Shown here: positions 23,901 to 36,123 of the stretch, piece by piece | How the letters are laid out: every line of letters starts with the position of its first letter | How positions within the stretch are numbered: the first letter of the stretch is position 1 | NCBI GenBank assembly: GCA_010015805.1 | Contig: ML978121.1 | Location: 186,001-250,000 of the forward strand | Source of the DNA: Rhizodiscina lignyota | Lineage: Eukaryota | Direction of reading: 5' to 3' | DNA: 64,000 nucleotides | Notes under the pieces: model-generated | Database searches by the model: none | What the model saw: only the letters and a program-made list of their open reading frames with translations | Told to the model about the DNA's origin: nothing | Translations under genes and position numbers: made by a program

Positions 23901-24238
23901 CGTAATGGTTCGTGCATCTCTGATCTTTTGTGCCAGGCCTTCAATGAGTTTATCATTGCACGAGCTTCTCTCTATAGCTCGGAGAAATGGATCGAAGATG
24001 TGGTTCACAATCTCTTCTGCTTGTCTGAAGGATTCCAGATAGATAGAAAGTTTCGGCATTTCTTCGCGGTTCGGGTCATAGGCCTCGACCTCACCGCACA
24101 CCTCATCATCGTCCAGGTCCTCGTCTAGAGATGTAGCTCAGCGAGCTATTTAACCCGTCAGAATCGTCATTAAGACTTACATTTTCTCTTCCTAGTGTTT
24201 GGAGCCTCCACTCGGCCATCAGTTGGCAACACCATCAT
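20926..24238 (-). CDS. Dynamin-like P-loop GTPase (SLIP-GC/NUGGC-like), multi-exon
   Basis: G1 VGLVGGSGVGKSSLLNNLLG, G2 GGGSCTTV, G3 LMDLPGTTDTNRLR and G4-like CTNSD, then VFCVSNKHY...TNIPDLR and a helical C-terminus. About eight short GT-AG introns splice in frame to TAG at 20926. The start ATG (24238) is tentative and the splice near 22620-22670 is ambiguous. Confidence 0.8.
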
Positions 24239-25402
24239 GTGCAAGGGCTCCGTCCCTGGATGGTTACGTTGTAGTCGACTCCGAAGAAGTCTGAGGGAGT
24301 TGGGCAGAGGAAATCTTTGCTCCGGAAGGGTGCGTATGAGTTGAGCACAGGCGGGTCGCTGGATGGTTCAAGTGAGCTACTGTGGGAAGGCGTTCGTTGG
24401 GGTTGTGAAAATAGGCCAAGAAAGCCTCGGTGGCGGCGTGGCCACCCTTCTCGGGGCCGAGTAGTCCTCGACGCCTGTTGAAAATAGAAGTGTCAATTCA
24501 TTGCATCAAGAATATGAAGGAAGCAGAAAGACTTACTCGGAGGAAAGCTAAGAACGTGGTGGTCTTGTCTTGTCGAGTCGAAGTGCAAAGGCCGAGCAAG
24601 ATTAGGCGCTGAGAATGGAATTATAGAAAGAGAGATGGAAAGTTGAAGAGCTTGTATGAAGATGTATGGTGGATGAGAGACCTTGAAAGCGCAATGTACG
24701 CGGGGGGAAGAATTGTGAGGGTTGTGGGGGTTGCAGAACGCAGGTTGAGGAAGAGCGGTGGAAGAGCTTATAAGGTCAAGATCTGAGGCGAATGTACAGC
24801 GATGAGAGAAAAGTCAGAGATTTGGGAATGAATATGTAGTAGCTTGAAGGCAACCACTAAATAAGCTTTCGCTGAGAGGGAGTGAAATGCGTAGAGCAGT
24901 GAGTACTCGGCCTTGCTTGTAAAGTAAGATAGCCCCGCTCTCTGAGAGTGAAAGTCAGCTACGAGGTGCAGTACGGAGAGGAGCAGTATGGGCATTTGAA
25001 TTCGGATAAACGTGTCACTCCACCATCTGTGTGAAGGTGTGACGACACCGATAGCTTTTCGGAGCAATATACTTGGACGCGTAGAGGCCAATAGGCACGA
25101 GGTTGGGGACCAGCGACATTGTCTGCACATACAAGGCATCTGCAATGCGCTCAGCTAGTTTCACTCTAAAAGGAGACATGAATCAAACGGAGAAATAGAG
25201 CGTCAACAGGCGTAGAGAGGAGGTATGAACAGATGGACATCGATATGTCGTCCCCGTCTTGGCAGCGCTATTCCAAATACGATCAGACGTATCAGCCACA
25301 CCAGTGTATCTTGGCTCAGGGGAAACAATTCAATTGCTGCTACTTTACACTATGAAGGTTTCACATCTAGTATCGAAGATTTCAAGTTCGGCTCATTACA
25401 TG

Positions 25403-27057
25403 TCAACGTGGAAGCGTCATCCATTCAGGACGCCCTTCAGTGGCCCCAGGAGGCGGCGGTAGTACTGTGTCTGGCATAATTTCTCCTTCGCCTACGTCGC
25501 CCTGTTGCCCAGGCATTGGATTCATCGATTCCGTCTGAGGCATATTCCTTGTTGGTGTCTGCGGTTCCGGTTGAGGAGCTGGCGGTGCTTCTTCGTCTGA
25601 TTGCTTCTCATGGTGGAAACCAAGATGGTCCAAGCCCAGCGAATGCAGAATCTTCGCGGTCTTATCTCTCTGCTTTTGTCGGACCTCATGATGCGGGTTC
25701 TTTGTAGGGTCATTCCAGTCGTCTGCGTCTTGGCCGGGGTTGGCCATCTCGTACTCGAGCAGTTTGATAAACTTGTAAAAGGTGACAGCTATGAGTGCCC
25801 CAGCAATTGGACCGACCCCTACGCTTATGGTCAGTGCTATGCAAGCAATCGATGCTCACATGCTCACAATAAATCCAGTGATTCTTGTCCCAGGTGCCTG
25901 TCACAACAACTGGCCCGAAACTCCGCGCAGGATTCAATGACCCTCCTGTATAAAATACTCCGGCCAATTGAGCGATGAAGAGCGCAAGGCCGATGCCGAT
26001 TGGCGCGATGAAAGTCGACCTATGCTTTTCTTTCGCTAACATTAGGATTGTAAAGACGAGTTCGGCCGTCAAGAATGCCTCAATAAACACACCGCGGACG
26101 ACGGAAGTCGGTGCACTCAAAGTTGTGAGGACATTCAGTCGCGCCGGGAAGATTCCCATGACCATTGCCGATGCAGCGATCGATCCAACGATTTGACTCA
26201 GGAAGAGACAGATTGCCCTTAGAGGACCGATCGCTCCAACAAGCAGCATTGCTATTGTCACCTGCATTCTCAATCAGCGTATGCTCTGGAAGCCTTCGGA
26301 GGATGTTAAATCATACCGCAGGATTAAACAATGCTCCGCTGATTCGAAAGAATACCCATGCATTAACCATCAAGCTGAAACCAAAGCTCATCGCAATATA
26401 GAGCAGTTTCACCGGGCTGAAGCCAGTTGTCTCATTCGTGGTAGTGCCAGCCGGCGTATTACTCCCAATATTTGCAACTTCAGTCCCTGCGAAAGCAAAG
26501 AATAGAAACATGGTTGTGCCAACAAATTCACCAAGGGACGCCACAAAATGGTTCTTCGCTGTGCTATTCATCCACATCGTCCAAGGCAAGCCACCAATAT
26601 TGTTGTCGTTCGGTCGGCGTGAAGCCGCAGGAGTGCCCATGTGCGGAGGGTATGGTGAACCGTACGAGCGCTCGGAAATGGCATCAGCCCGTTTGAAGTC
26701 CCAAGACAATCGTGAAGAAGGTCCCAGTGGTTGAGGGACGAATCCCATCTTCCTTAGTTCCTTGACGTCATAGAAGGACAGATTGCTACCGCTGGCGCAT
26801 TGGCGATGGTTGGATTGAGAGACAGGCAGGTGTGTATTTGTAGAGTTGCTTCTAGACAAATGGCGGCCCCTCGGTGATTCAGGAACGCGAGCCGAGATGG
26901 AGTGCGAGATGCTGACCGGTGGATATGTATTTGTAGCAATGTGTGCTTGTCTGACCGTGTCTTGACCGTCCAGACTTCTCGTATAGCTTGTCTCTGCTGG
27001 CAGTTGCTGTTCTTGACCAGTCTCTTGGCCTTCTGCCATGTGTCTCCTCACGGACAT
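25403..27057 (-). CDS. Aquaporin (MIP family, orthodox fungal type) with long N- and C-terminal extensions
   Basis: KNHFVASLGEFVGTTMFLFFAFAG, ISGALFNPAV, TGGSLNPARSFGP, HWIYWVGP and YEMANPGQD. Introns 26262-26316 and 25819-25867. Confidence 0.95.
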
Positions 27058-29116
27058 TCTTTTCCTGGGTTCGCTGGAAATTGATGTTCTTCTGACCTTT
27101 CGCAGCCCTAAGAGGTCGAAAATTTCTGCAAGACCTCACGAGCTCGAGGAGCCTCCGCCCTCAAATACTACTTAATCACAGCGTAAGTTTTCTCTGGAGA
27201 TGTATAATTTAACTCCGTCTAAGGAATGCGGACGGGATCTAGCGCTGCTATGGCAACTGAAACCATCAACTGTATGTGCAGGAATGCAATTACGAACTGA
27301 GCCAATGGGACAACTGCCTTAAAGGTCTCGGAATCTTCATGAAGAGGAACAAATCAAACTACGCATGCAGAAGAAGTCCAGAACATTTTGAAAAGGAAAC
27401 AACTGTAGGAAGGTAACTTATTTGTTCGGAATTCCACTCCCTTCCAATTAATTTATACGAAGTAGCGCCGCTCCCAGCCCAAAGGCAAGGTAACGACGTT
27501 GACCCCGGAAGACCTGTATTGAATGATTTATAATTGAGAATCGATAAGCTCGGTTCTTGCCCATCTGCGGTGCTTGTTTGATCATGAGAATTTGAATGCT
27601 GCAGGGTGGTATCACGAAGCCGACCAGTACCCCGATGGTACCCCTCACGGGAGTGGTACCTACGATGCCCCGAAGTGTCCCAGTTGTTGACGATGGCCCG
27701 AGCTATTACGGTATAATTAAGAGGTTAAACTGATTGAGGGACAAAGCTTGGAGTCCAATGTGCATTATATCTCGGAGGATTCCAGATCCAATGTCGACGG
27801 TGAGAAATTTCATCATAGGTAGTTGAAATGTTGTGTAACAGTAGCCAATGAGCTACCGCATGAGTTGGTAGTTACAACATAAACAGACTTCTAGATCAGA
27901 GTTGTAAGAGGACGAATAGCGGGAGTGGAGTGATCGTCATATCCAGATCGTAGATCGTGTGGAAGGAGTAGTCGCATAGATAGGAAATTGTATCTTATGG
28001 AGGTAGAAGCCAAGTTCTGTCAGCATACAGGATCCGGACAGCCCGTTCAAGTTGGAAGTACGATTAAGAGAGCCTCTGCGCTGTAGACATTCCGACAAGA
28101 TGTGCACATTGGTCGCACGAGGCCGTATCGACGATACAGCCAGTTTGAAGATAGACGAGAAGGAGCTGCACCACTCATATGGCTGGAAGCAGTTGTATTG
28201 CCGAGACACATGCCAAGTACGCCTGTAAATAAGATCTGGTAAAGTTGTTTAACGCGAGAGAAAACACTGAGGTAGCTTCCGCAACAATGGAACTCGCACC
28301 TCAGGAAGAGTTCGAGCGGAAGAAATCGCTCTTTGAACTTGGTGAAATTGTGCAGCGAAATCCCCAAATATTCAAACAAAACTTTTCACATGTCATGCTC
28401 AGCCACCCAATAAACAGTTTGTAATTCAATAGCAAGGCTAGACGATAACTCCTGGTCCGTGGGAACAGTGCTTGAGCCGAACGGCCGAAATTGTCCTCCA
28501 ATTCCACTCCACGATGTTGTTCTTACAACCCGTTCATCAATTCTTTACCGTCTTCTGCGCAGATTTGTTATTTGTTGAACTGTCCTGTATCTACGAGGAT
28601 CTTAGGGATAGGCTTCTTGACATGCATGGACTGTTATCTCTACTGACACTGCTGAGGCTGCTCTGGACTCAGTTTGCTTCCACTTGGAGACCATCAGCGA
28701 CCCCAACAACGCTTAGTAGTCGACGACCAAGGGCATTCATAATGTACACTGGGTGAACATGTCCTCGCGATTTAGGAACATCACGAACCTAAGCGTTGTG
28801 GACTCTATATGTCATCGGACGTTGTATTGGTTTTTGCAGGAGTAACGCTCAGAGGTATTTTCTAGGTTAGAACAAAGAGCTTCGCCAAATCATCATAAAG
28901 CAGAAAAGCCCGTCATCAAGCCATCATGTCGTGAGAGCCGCCTGCATGCCAGAATGCCAGCTTGAGACATCGCCTCGACGCCGCCTGAATGCACATCCCA
29001 TCTACATTCCATCCCGGCCGTGAAGCATCTTGATTAACGTAGATAGCCAAAACAGCTCGACATATTCCACCCATTTTAAACCCACCCGACTCCTCTCTGC
29101 CTACGCTGCAACTCTA

Positions 29117-30608
29117 TCAGGACGCGAAAACCCGTACGTTCAAGTCTACGCTCCCTGTTGCAATTACACATCGAATGCCGACCTTCGTTGCCTCGTCTTT
29201 CTTAACCCCATTCGGCGCCCCGTTCGTATCTCCGTTCACTTGCTGAGGTTCCTTCATTATACCGGGCGCCCAGCGCATACAGCTGACGAAATGACCATGC
29301 GCATCCTCGAGTGTCTTGACACATTTTCCCTCCTGTGCCAAATCCCAGCACCTTATAGTCTTATCGTCGCCGCATGACAAAAGATATTTTCCGCCTGGGT
29401 GCCACACCATCGCTCGGACCCAGTTGTCGTGGCCAACTAGTGTTTTGATCAACGTGCCTCGGCCATCCCAGATCTTTATCGTTTTATCTCTTGATCCAGT
29501 TGCAATGAATTCTGCTGAACTGCTCGCTGCTGGGGCCTTCTTCAACCCTGCCAAAGCCGCTAGATGTGGATATGCAGCTGGTGGTGCTATAGCAACGCAC
29601 TCGATGACATGTTCATGCCCTGAGAAGATGCCTTTCTGTTCGCCAGAGGAAGGGTCCCAGAGTCTCGCTGTCTGGTCGTTTCCTGCGCTCACAAGCCATC
29701 GTCCGTCGAAGCTTGGTGACACGTCGCGAACCCAGTCGGCATGGCCACGTATTGTCTTGACGCAGTAGCCAGTAGTGACATCCCATACCCGTAACGTCTT
29801 GTCTCTGCTTGCGGATACTAGGAGATTTCCTGACATTGGCGCGCCAGCTGCCCCCGAGGGAATAAATCTTATTGCAGATACCGAGTGGTCATGACCAGGT
29901 AGCGTCCGAATGTTCTTGTACTCATCTGCAGGGTCCCACAGCTTTATTGTGAGATCACTCGAGCAGCTTGCTAAGAGTGTGCCACCCCTTGGGCCGCCAA
30001 AATCCACGTCCAGAACGCCTTTTGTATGGCCCTTCACCGTTCTTTCCAGCTCTCCAAGTTCCCAATCCCATATCTTTATTGTTGCGTCTTCTGAGCCCGA
30101 CGCAAGCGATGAGAAAACAGGGTGGAATGCCACGCAAGTGACAGGTGAGCGATGCGATTGTAGGGTGTGTCGCGCAGGTGATCGAGGTAGCCAAGTCGTT
30201 GGATCTGCATTTCGGCGTAGGAGAGAAGTGGGGGTTGTGGAGTCGAGTTCGGCTTGGAGAGTTGAATTTCGTGCTTCGAGATCCATTATCTGTGGGTGGT
30301 TGCGCCATTTAGTCCACAACGTCAATCTATGTGAAGGTGAGAATACTGATGTACCTTCTTCTGCAATCTGACCACACTGGTCCATTTCTTCTCCAAAAGG
30401 CCCTCATACTTCTTTCGTGTAGCATCGTCGAAGCTGTCGCCTATTTGCAGCTCCTCTCGAAGGGCCGCCGCGCTGTTTGGAAGGTTACAGGCAGAAAGGT
30501 AGGCAATTATGGACTTGTGACTGCAGTGTAGTCAGCTCGAGATAGTGATATGCCGCGCTTGTAGGCGTACAGCTCCTCTGCTTGCCTGCTCGTGAGAAGC
30601 TGGCTCAT
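29117..30608 (-). CDS. nudF: NudF/LIS1 (Pac1) dynein regulator: LisH, coiled coil and WD40 repeats
   Basis: [21 protein letters not shown]...[20 protein letters not shown], then [25 protein letters not shown] and seven WD repeats. Two introns (~30523-30570, ~30292-30353). Confidence 0.97.
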
Positions 30609-31365
30609 GTCGTGTGATTGGTCAAATCCTTCTTCTCCAGCGGCACCAGGCCCAGATTGTTTTGCTCATCCACAGGCGTTATATGTTTCGTGAGATTCGC
30701 CCGATCCGCCCTGGCACGTGAAGTGTAAGGTGCAGTTGATGCAGCGGTGGAGGGAGAAGGGTGGCCTGCTCGTGCTTGCGATTTTCTCCTTTTGCCTGCA
30801 GATTGGGGCTCGCGAGCGTGTCGATGCAGCAGGAGAAAGGTGGTGCTTGTCTGCTGGAGAAAACCTTGAACGATATAATCAAAGACGCGCGCTCGGGGAA
30901 TTTTGTCTTGGCTGAAAGTGGTTTGAGTGAATGTTCTGGGACGCCGATAGTCTCTTGGTGGTGACGGTTGCCGGGCCGTGACGTTTTTATCTGGGGTCAA
31001 AACATTGCTGCCCACTGCCAACTCTTAATCTACCTTCTATATCCCACCGCCACCGCCTTCGCACGCCGAAGTCGCGACAATTTTATGATCGCATACGAAT
31101 TGCAATTACATTTGCTCACAATACGCGTCCATATCGCGTCTTCTCGCAGTCTCACAGGGCGCCTTGTTTATAACCCTGGCGACAGGCTCCTCATAAATAC
31201 CGCAAGACCCGCTTGCGACTGCCTCAACATTTCAGACAATCTTCGGTCGCGCGATCACGAGAACGTCTAGAAGAGGCTCTTGATCCCGAGATAAACACAC
31301 TATCAGCGCGCCCTGTTCGTCACCGAATCTGCCTACCGCTATTTGAAGACAGTCCAGCCGTAACT

Positions 31366-34300
31366 ATGGCCGACCAAGAGGAGGACTTTAGTTCCCTACC
31401 ACTGACGGAGAGATGGGTACACAAGAACTGGAAAGTGCGGAAAGAAGCGTACGAGGCTGCGGCAAAGGAGTTTGAGAGCGCGCAGTCCGAGAACGACCCC
31501 ACCGTTCGCACGTTCACAAACGATTCTTCTTTATGGAAAGGCGCTGTGGGAGACTCAAACGTGGCGGCGCAACAGGAAGCGCTGGGCTCGTTATGCTCAT
31601 TCTTGCAGATTGCTGGGACACACGGTTGTACGAGGTACGTTTGAGCTCGATGGACCTATGATGAGGCCCTTTATTGATGAGAAGGTACGCAGGACGCGAA
31701 GCCTTACTATTGTTCCAATAGTAGAGAAGGGCCTGGCAGCTACACGACCGGCCGCGAAGCAAAAGGCCTTGGAAGCGATATTACTATACATCGAGCTCGA
31801 CAAGCCGGACCCTATAGTCGATGAGCTACTACCTCTCCTCTCACACAAACTGCCAAAAATAATTGTTGCCACGCTCTCCGCGTTGAGGGAAATATATCAC
31901 GCATATGGGTGCAAGACTGTTGAGCCTAAGCCCACTCTCAAGATTTTACCAAAGGTTTTCGGCCATGCAGACAAGAATGTCCGAGCTGAGGCGCAGAATC
32001 TTACGGTCGAGTTTTACCGATGGCTCAAGGATGCAATGAAGCCTCTTTTCTGGAACGAACTGAAACCACTCCAACAGCAAGACTTGGAGAAACAGTTCGA
32101 AAAGGTCAAAGACGAGCCACCTCCAAAGCAGGAGAGATTGCTCCGGTCACAGCAAGCTGTGGAAGAAAGAGCAGTAGAAGGTGGTACGGATGGCGCCGAT
32201 GTCGATGATGTTGGAGCCGAGCCCGAGATTGACCTCGAGCCCGAATACATGGCAGTCAATGTGATGCCAAAGATTCCGAAAGATTTGCAAGACCGGATAG
32301 CTTCATCGAAGTGGAAAGACCGGAAAGAAGCCCTGGATGATTTACATACAGCAATCAACCACCCCAAAATCGAAGATGGTCCCTTTAATGACATCATCCA
32401 AGCGCTGGCAAAGTGCATGAAAGACGCGAACATCGCTGTCGTCACAGTTGCGGCCAACTGTATCGAAATCTTTGCGCGTGGACTCAAGAAGGGCTTTTCC
32501 AAGTACCGCAACATTGTCATGTCACCCATGATGGAGCGCCTGAAAGAGAAGAAGCAGTCAGTTTCAGACGCCATTGGTGCTGCATTGGACGCAGTCTTTG
32601 CCGCCACAAATTTTGGAGACTGTCTGGAAGAAATCTTGGGCTTCCTCACACACAAGAACCCACAAGTAAAACTGGAGTCGACACGGTTTCTCATTCGGTG
32701 TCTCAGGACAACACGGGAGGCACCGCAAATACCAGAGGTCAAATCAATAGCAGACGCTGCAACCAAGCTCCTCACAGACTCACAAGAAGTGCAACGATCA
32801 GCCGGCGCGGAAGTTTTGGGCACACTCTGGAAGATCATGGGCGACCGCATTATGAACCCTCATCTCGACGGTCTTGACGAGATTCGCAAGACAAAGATAA
32901 AGGAGTTCTACGAATCCGCCGAAGTAAAGGCCAAATACAAGCCGAAGAGTGCACCGCCTCCAAAAGCTGCGCAGGGGGGATTTGGCGCAAAGAAATCCGG
33001 TGGGGGTCCAGGGAAGAAACCAACTCTAGGAAAACGACCCACACCCGCAGTAGCAGCCCCACCGGCAGAAGAAGAACCGGCAGCAGCACCTCTCGCTCCC
33101 CGGCCCACGAGCAGACCCGCATCAGCGGTGGCTGGTGCATCGAAGCTCATTCGCCCCAAGTCTGGCATCGCCGCACCGGGCTTGAAACGACCTGGTGGTA
33201 TCCCAGGCCCATCATCAGTATCTGGAGGTGCTTCTCCTCGTCGTGCTGCCCCTCCCACGCTGGAATCAGAAGACGAACTGTCGCCACCTCGCGCAGCACC
33301 AGCGACCCACAAACTTGGCCTAGCTGGTCGTGGCCTTACTGGCCGACCATTGGGCAAACCCGTCGCGGAACCCACGCCTGTATCCCCTCCTGCGCCACCT
33401 TCCGGCCTAACAGGCCTGGGCACAGCTGAGCGCGCCGAGCTTGAGGAGCTGCGTGCGGAAGTCGAAAGCCTACGCCGTTCGAATGAAGAGCTCAAACAAG
33501 AGCGCACGAAGATGTCGAGTCAGATCAACGAGCTGCAAAATCAGAATGCGCAGCTCATAGAGGACCACACGCGCGACGTGCTGAGCATCAAGGCAAAAGA
33601 AACACAGCTTGTCCGCGCACGATCTGATGCCGAAGCAGCGGAGCAGACGGTCCTCAGTCAGCGGCGTGAAGTCGAACGGTTAAAGAGAGAGATGGGTCGG
33701 TTAACGAGGGGAGATCTTGGACCAGTCTCGCCACCGTCGTCCTACACGCCATCTATGACGGGTGATATTTACAACGACCTCAATGGCGCCACGTTGAATG
33801 GTGCAGGCGGTCTGGCGAGGAGTAGGAGCCAAGCTGGAACAGGCCGGCCACCGTCCCTGATTCTCGAACAGCAGCAAAGAGAGGACGGCATAGGTAAGGA
33901 AAACTTTGCATCTGAGACAAGTGTCCTGGGGCGTAATAAGCTGAGCCCCGTTCGCGGTCCAGGTCTGAGGTTAGGCGGAGCGGGAAGCCCGACAGGAGGG
34001 AGAGGTGGACTCGGCTTGGGAGGCCTGGCGGGAGAAGATGGAGGACTCAGCAGAACAAGCAGCAGTGCTTCAGGAACCAGTGGGGCAGCATTGTCCGGGA
34101 ACGGAGTTGGCGCTGGTGCTGGTGGAGCGGAAAGCTGGAAGAGGGCGGCGGAGGTTACGCAGAATCTCAAAGCAAGGATCGAGCTTATGAAGGTATGTGC
34201 CGCCCTATTTGCCACTAATTCTTCCCCCGCACTACCTCTACTTCTTTCCAGCGGTGCCGCGTAATGCGCTGCAATGGATGGCGTCAGACGTCGTGCATAT

Positions 34301-34409
34301 CTCTTCCAAATCCCCGGAATCCGGCAAGACCATGCTGTGCTACCGACCTCACATTGCTGACATGGTTGTTTTCCTGCAGGCTAAGCAAGGTCTTTCAAGA
34401 CCGCATTGA
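31366..34409 (+). CDS. STU2: XMAP215/Dis1-family microtubule polymerase (Stu2/AlpA)
   Basis: TOG1 (HKNWKVRKEAYE..DSNVAAQQEAL), TOG2 (SSKWKDRKEAL..KDANIAVV), basic linker, coiled coil (LIEDHTRDVLSIKAKETQLVRARSD) and C-terminal ESWKRAAEVTQNLKARIELMK|AKQG. Introns 31635-31692 and 34193-34379. Confidence 0.95.
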
Positions 34410-34799
34410 CGGGACTGATTTGCAGCGCGGGGTGTACCTTTGATTTCAGTTTCTTGCCTTCCGCATGTCTTTCGCCCTGCATACCGCCATAGTGGGGATG
34501 GATCGCTGGATATGAGTGTGCTTAAAGAGCTTGCATCGTCATTGGCGTTTTTCTCACTTTCGTCTCGTGCTTGGGAAGTCTCCATTCCGCAAAAGAGGGG
34601 ATGAGTAATGTCCTTCAGGCTGCTGTTGGCTTTGATATACGCAGTAGTTACTATGATAACGCGCTTGTCGATACCCACTGGCTAGTCTCTTAGAAAGGAG
34701 TCTCGCTAGTTTACATTCTGTCTTTAATTATTCATAATAATGCTACTTTGAAATATTTTCGGTTCTCTATGACCGATATGTGTGTAGCAAACCCGACCG

Positions 34800-35055
34800 C
34801 GCGAGCACGCGTTTGGTTGTGCGCAGAGTCCACTCAACGCACTTACGCTAGACTTTGGAATTCCACGTATTTAGTTGTCTAGCATCTGGCGGTGAGCATC
34901 CTACCGTGAATAGAGGCGCAAATTGTCATGTCTCTCCATGAGAAATTACGGGCTCCTTCTATCGACCGAATCTGAATTTGGCTATGCGTGGAGTTTATTT
35001 AATATACCCACGCTAGACTTAGGAATTTCAGCTATTCAGTCGCTTGACCTCTTGC
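34800..35055. repeat. Two degenerate copies 165 bp apart (locus 3 of the dispersed family)
   Basis: 34813-34887 and 34978-35052 align without gaps (core acgctagactt.ggaatt.ca). gagtccactcaacg matches locus 1 gagtccactcgacg (~3059). Confidence 0.75.
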
Positions 35056-35129
35056 TGAGAAGTGAGAAAGAGTTGATGATGATGCATTCGAGACACTTGT
35101 ACTTGACTAGACATGCTATGCAAATGATG

Positions 35130-35440
35130 CTCTAGGAAGACTTCTCGACTCCTCCAGCACCCTCAGAGCCCTTCCGCTCCTTCGCCTTCTTCTTCTGCTC
35201 CTGGATGGGCCCCAACTCCGCTGATAACTCTTACTTCCTTAGCTTCTGTCCCGGCGTGAGGTATCCGTCCACCTCCTTCTCCACCTCTATCTCCTCATCT
35301 GCGTCTGGGACACCCGTCTCCCTGAGCTTCGCCAAAGTGGCCGGGTCCAGATCTGATTCTAGGATCCGCTTCTCATCTACTTAGCACGCTCGTCGCACGC
35401 TCGGCTCGTCTTCTGCTTCTAGTTGAGCTTGCGTTTCTGT
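35130..35440 (-). pseudogene. Decayed charged (K/E-rich) coding fragment, paralogous to 44510-44710
   Basis: Minus strand reads KRKLN*KQKTSRACDERAK*..KRILESDLDPATLAKLRETGVPDADEEIEVEKEVDG, with in-frame stops. Confidence 0.55.
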
Positions 35441-36123
35441 GTACATGTTCGCCCTCGTCCGGTTTCGGTTACGCGGGTCTCCAACGGAAGTGAAGGCGAT
35501 GCATGTCTTGGAACAAGAGCGCTGAATCGTCCACATCTTCTCTCTTACTGTCAACCTGTATTATATGAATCCAAAGGCTTGAGGCAACGGATGAGGGCGT
35601 CAACTTAACCTTGGACGCCATCTCGGGAGATCGACGATAACGAAGATCATCATTTCCGTCCCCAGACGCCTCCTTCTCAGGTAGCCGCCAAGGGTTCGGG
35701 AGCGCTTTTCAGCCTTGTGGGTCGAGCGTTAGCGTTGTTGTCTCGCTATCGATTTCATGCGAGTCATGAAAAGCAAGGGTAGAAGAGTTGCAAAATGCGC
35801 AATAATATGTGAGCGAGTATTTTGCGTATTACCCATTACAGACATTATCCCAAGAACGGCCCCGGCCTCTATACGGCGCAAGGACCCGCCGGGTGCAGGT
35901 TTTAATAATATACTCCCAATAGCTCTGACAGTTCCCAGTTTATGAAAACTCCAATGTGGCCGACGCCGAGCGACGAGGTCGGAGCAAAGTTTGCATAAAG
36001 ACAAGATGCTGAATCCAATATCCTTTTCCCGATGCTCCCTTATTCTTTGAAAACGCAATCCGACGAGGCGCGATGAACAAGCGAGGCATAAAAAGCACAA
36101 AGCCCGAAATGCGCAAAACCTGT

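Noticed and set aside
27900..28760. Several ~70-110 aa ORFs between the aquaporin and nudF
   Set aside because: No recognisable domain, splice structure or TE motif.
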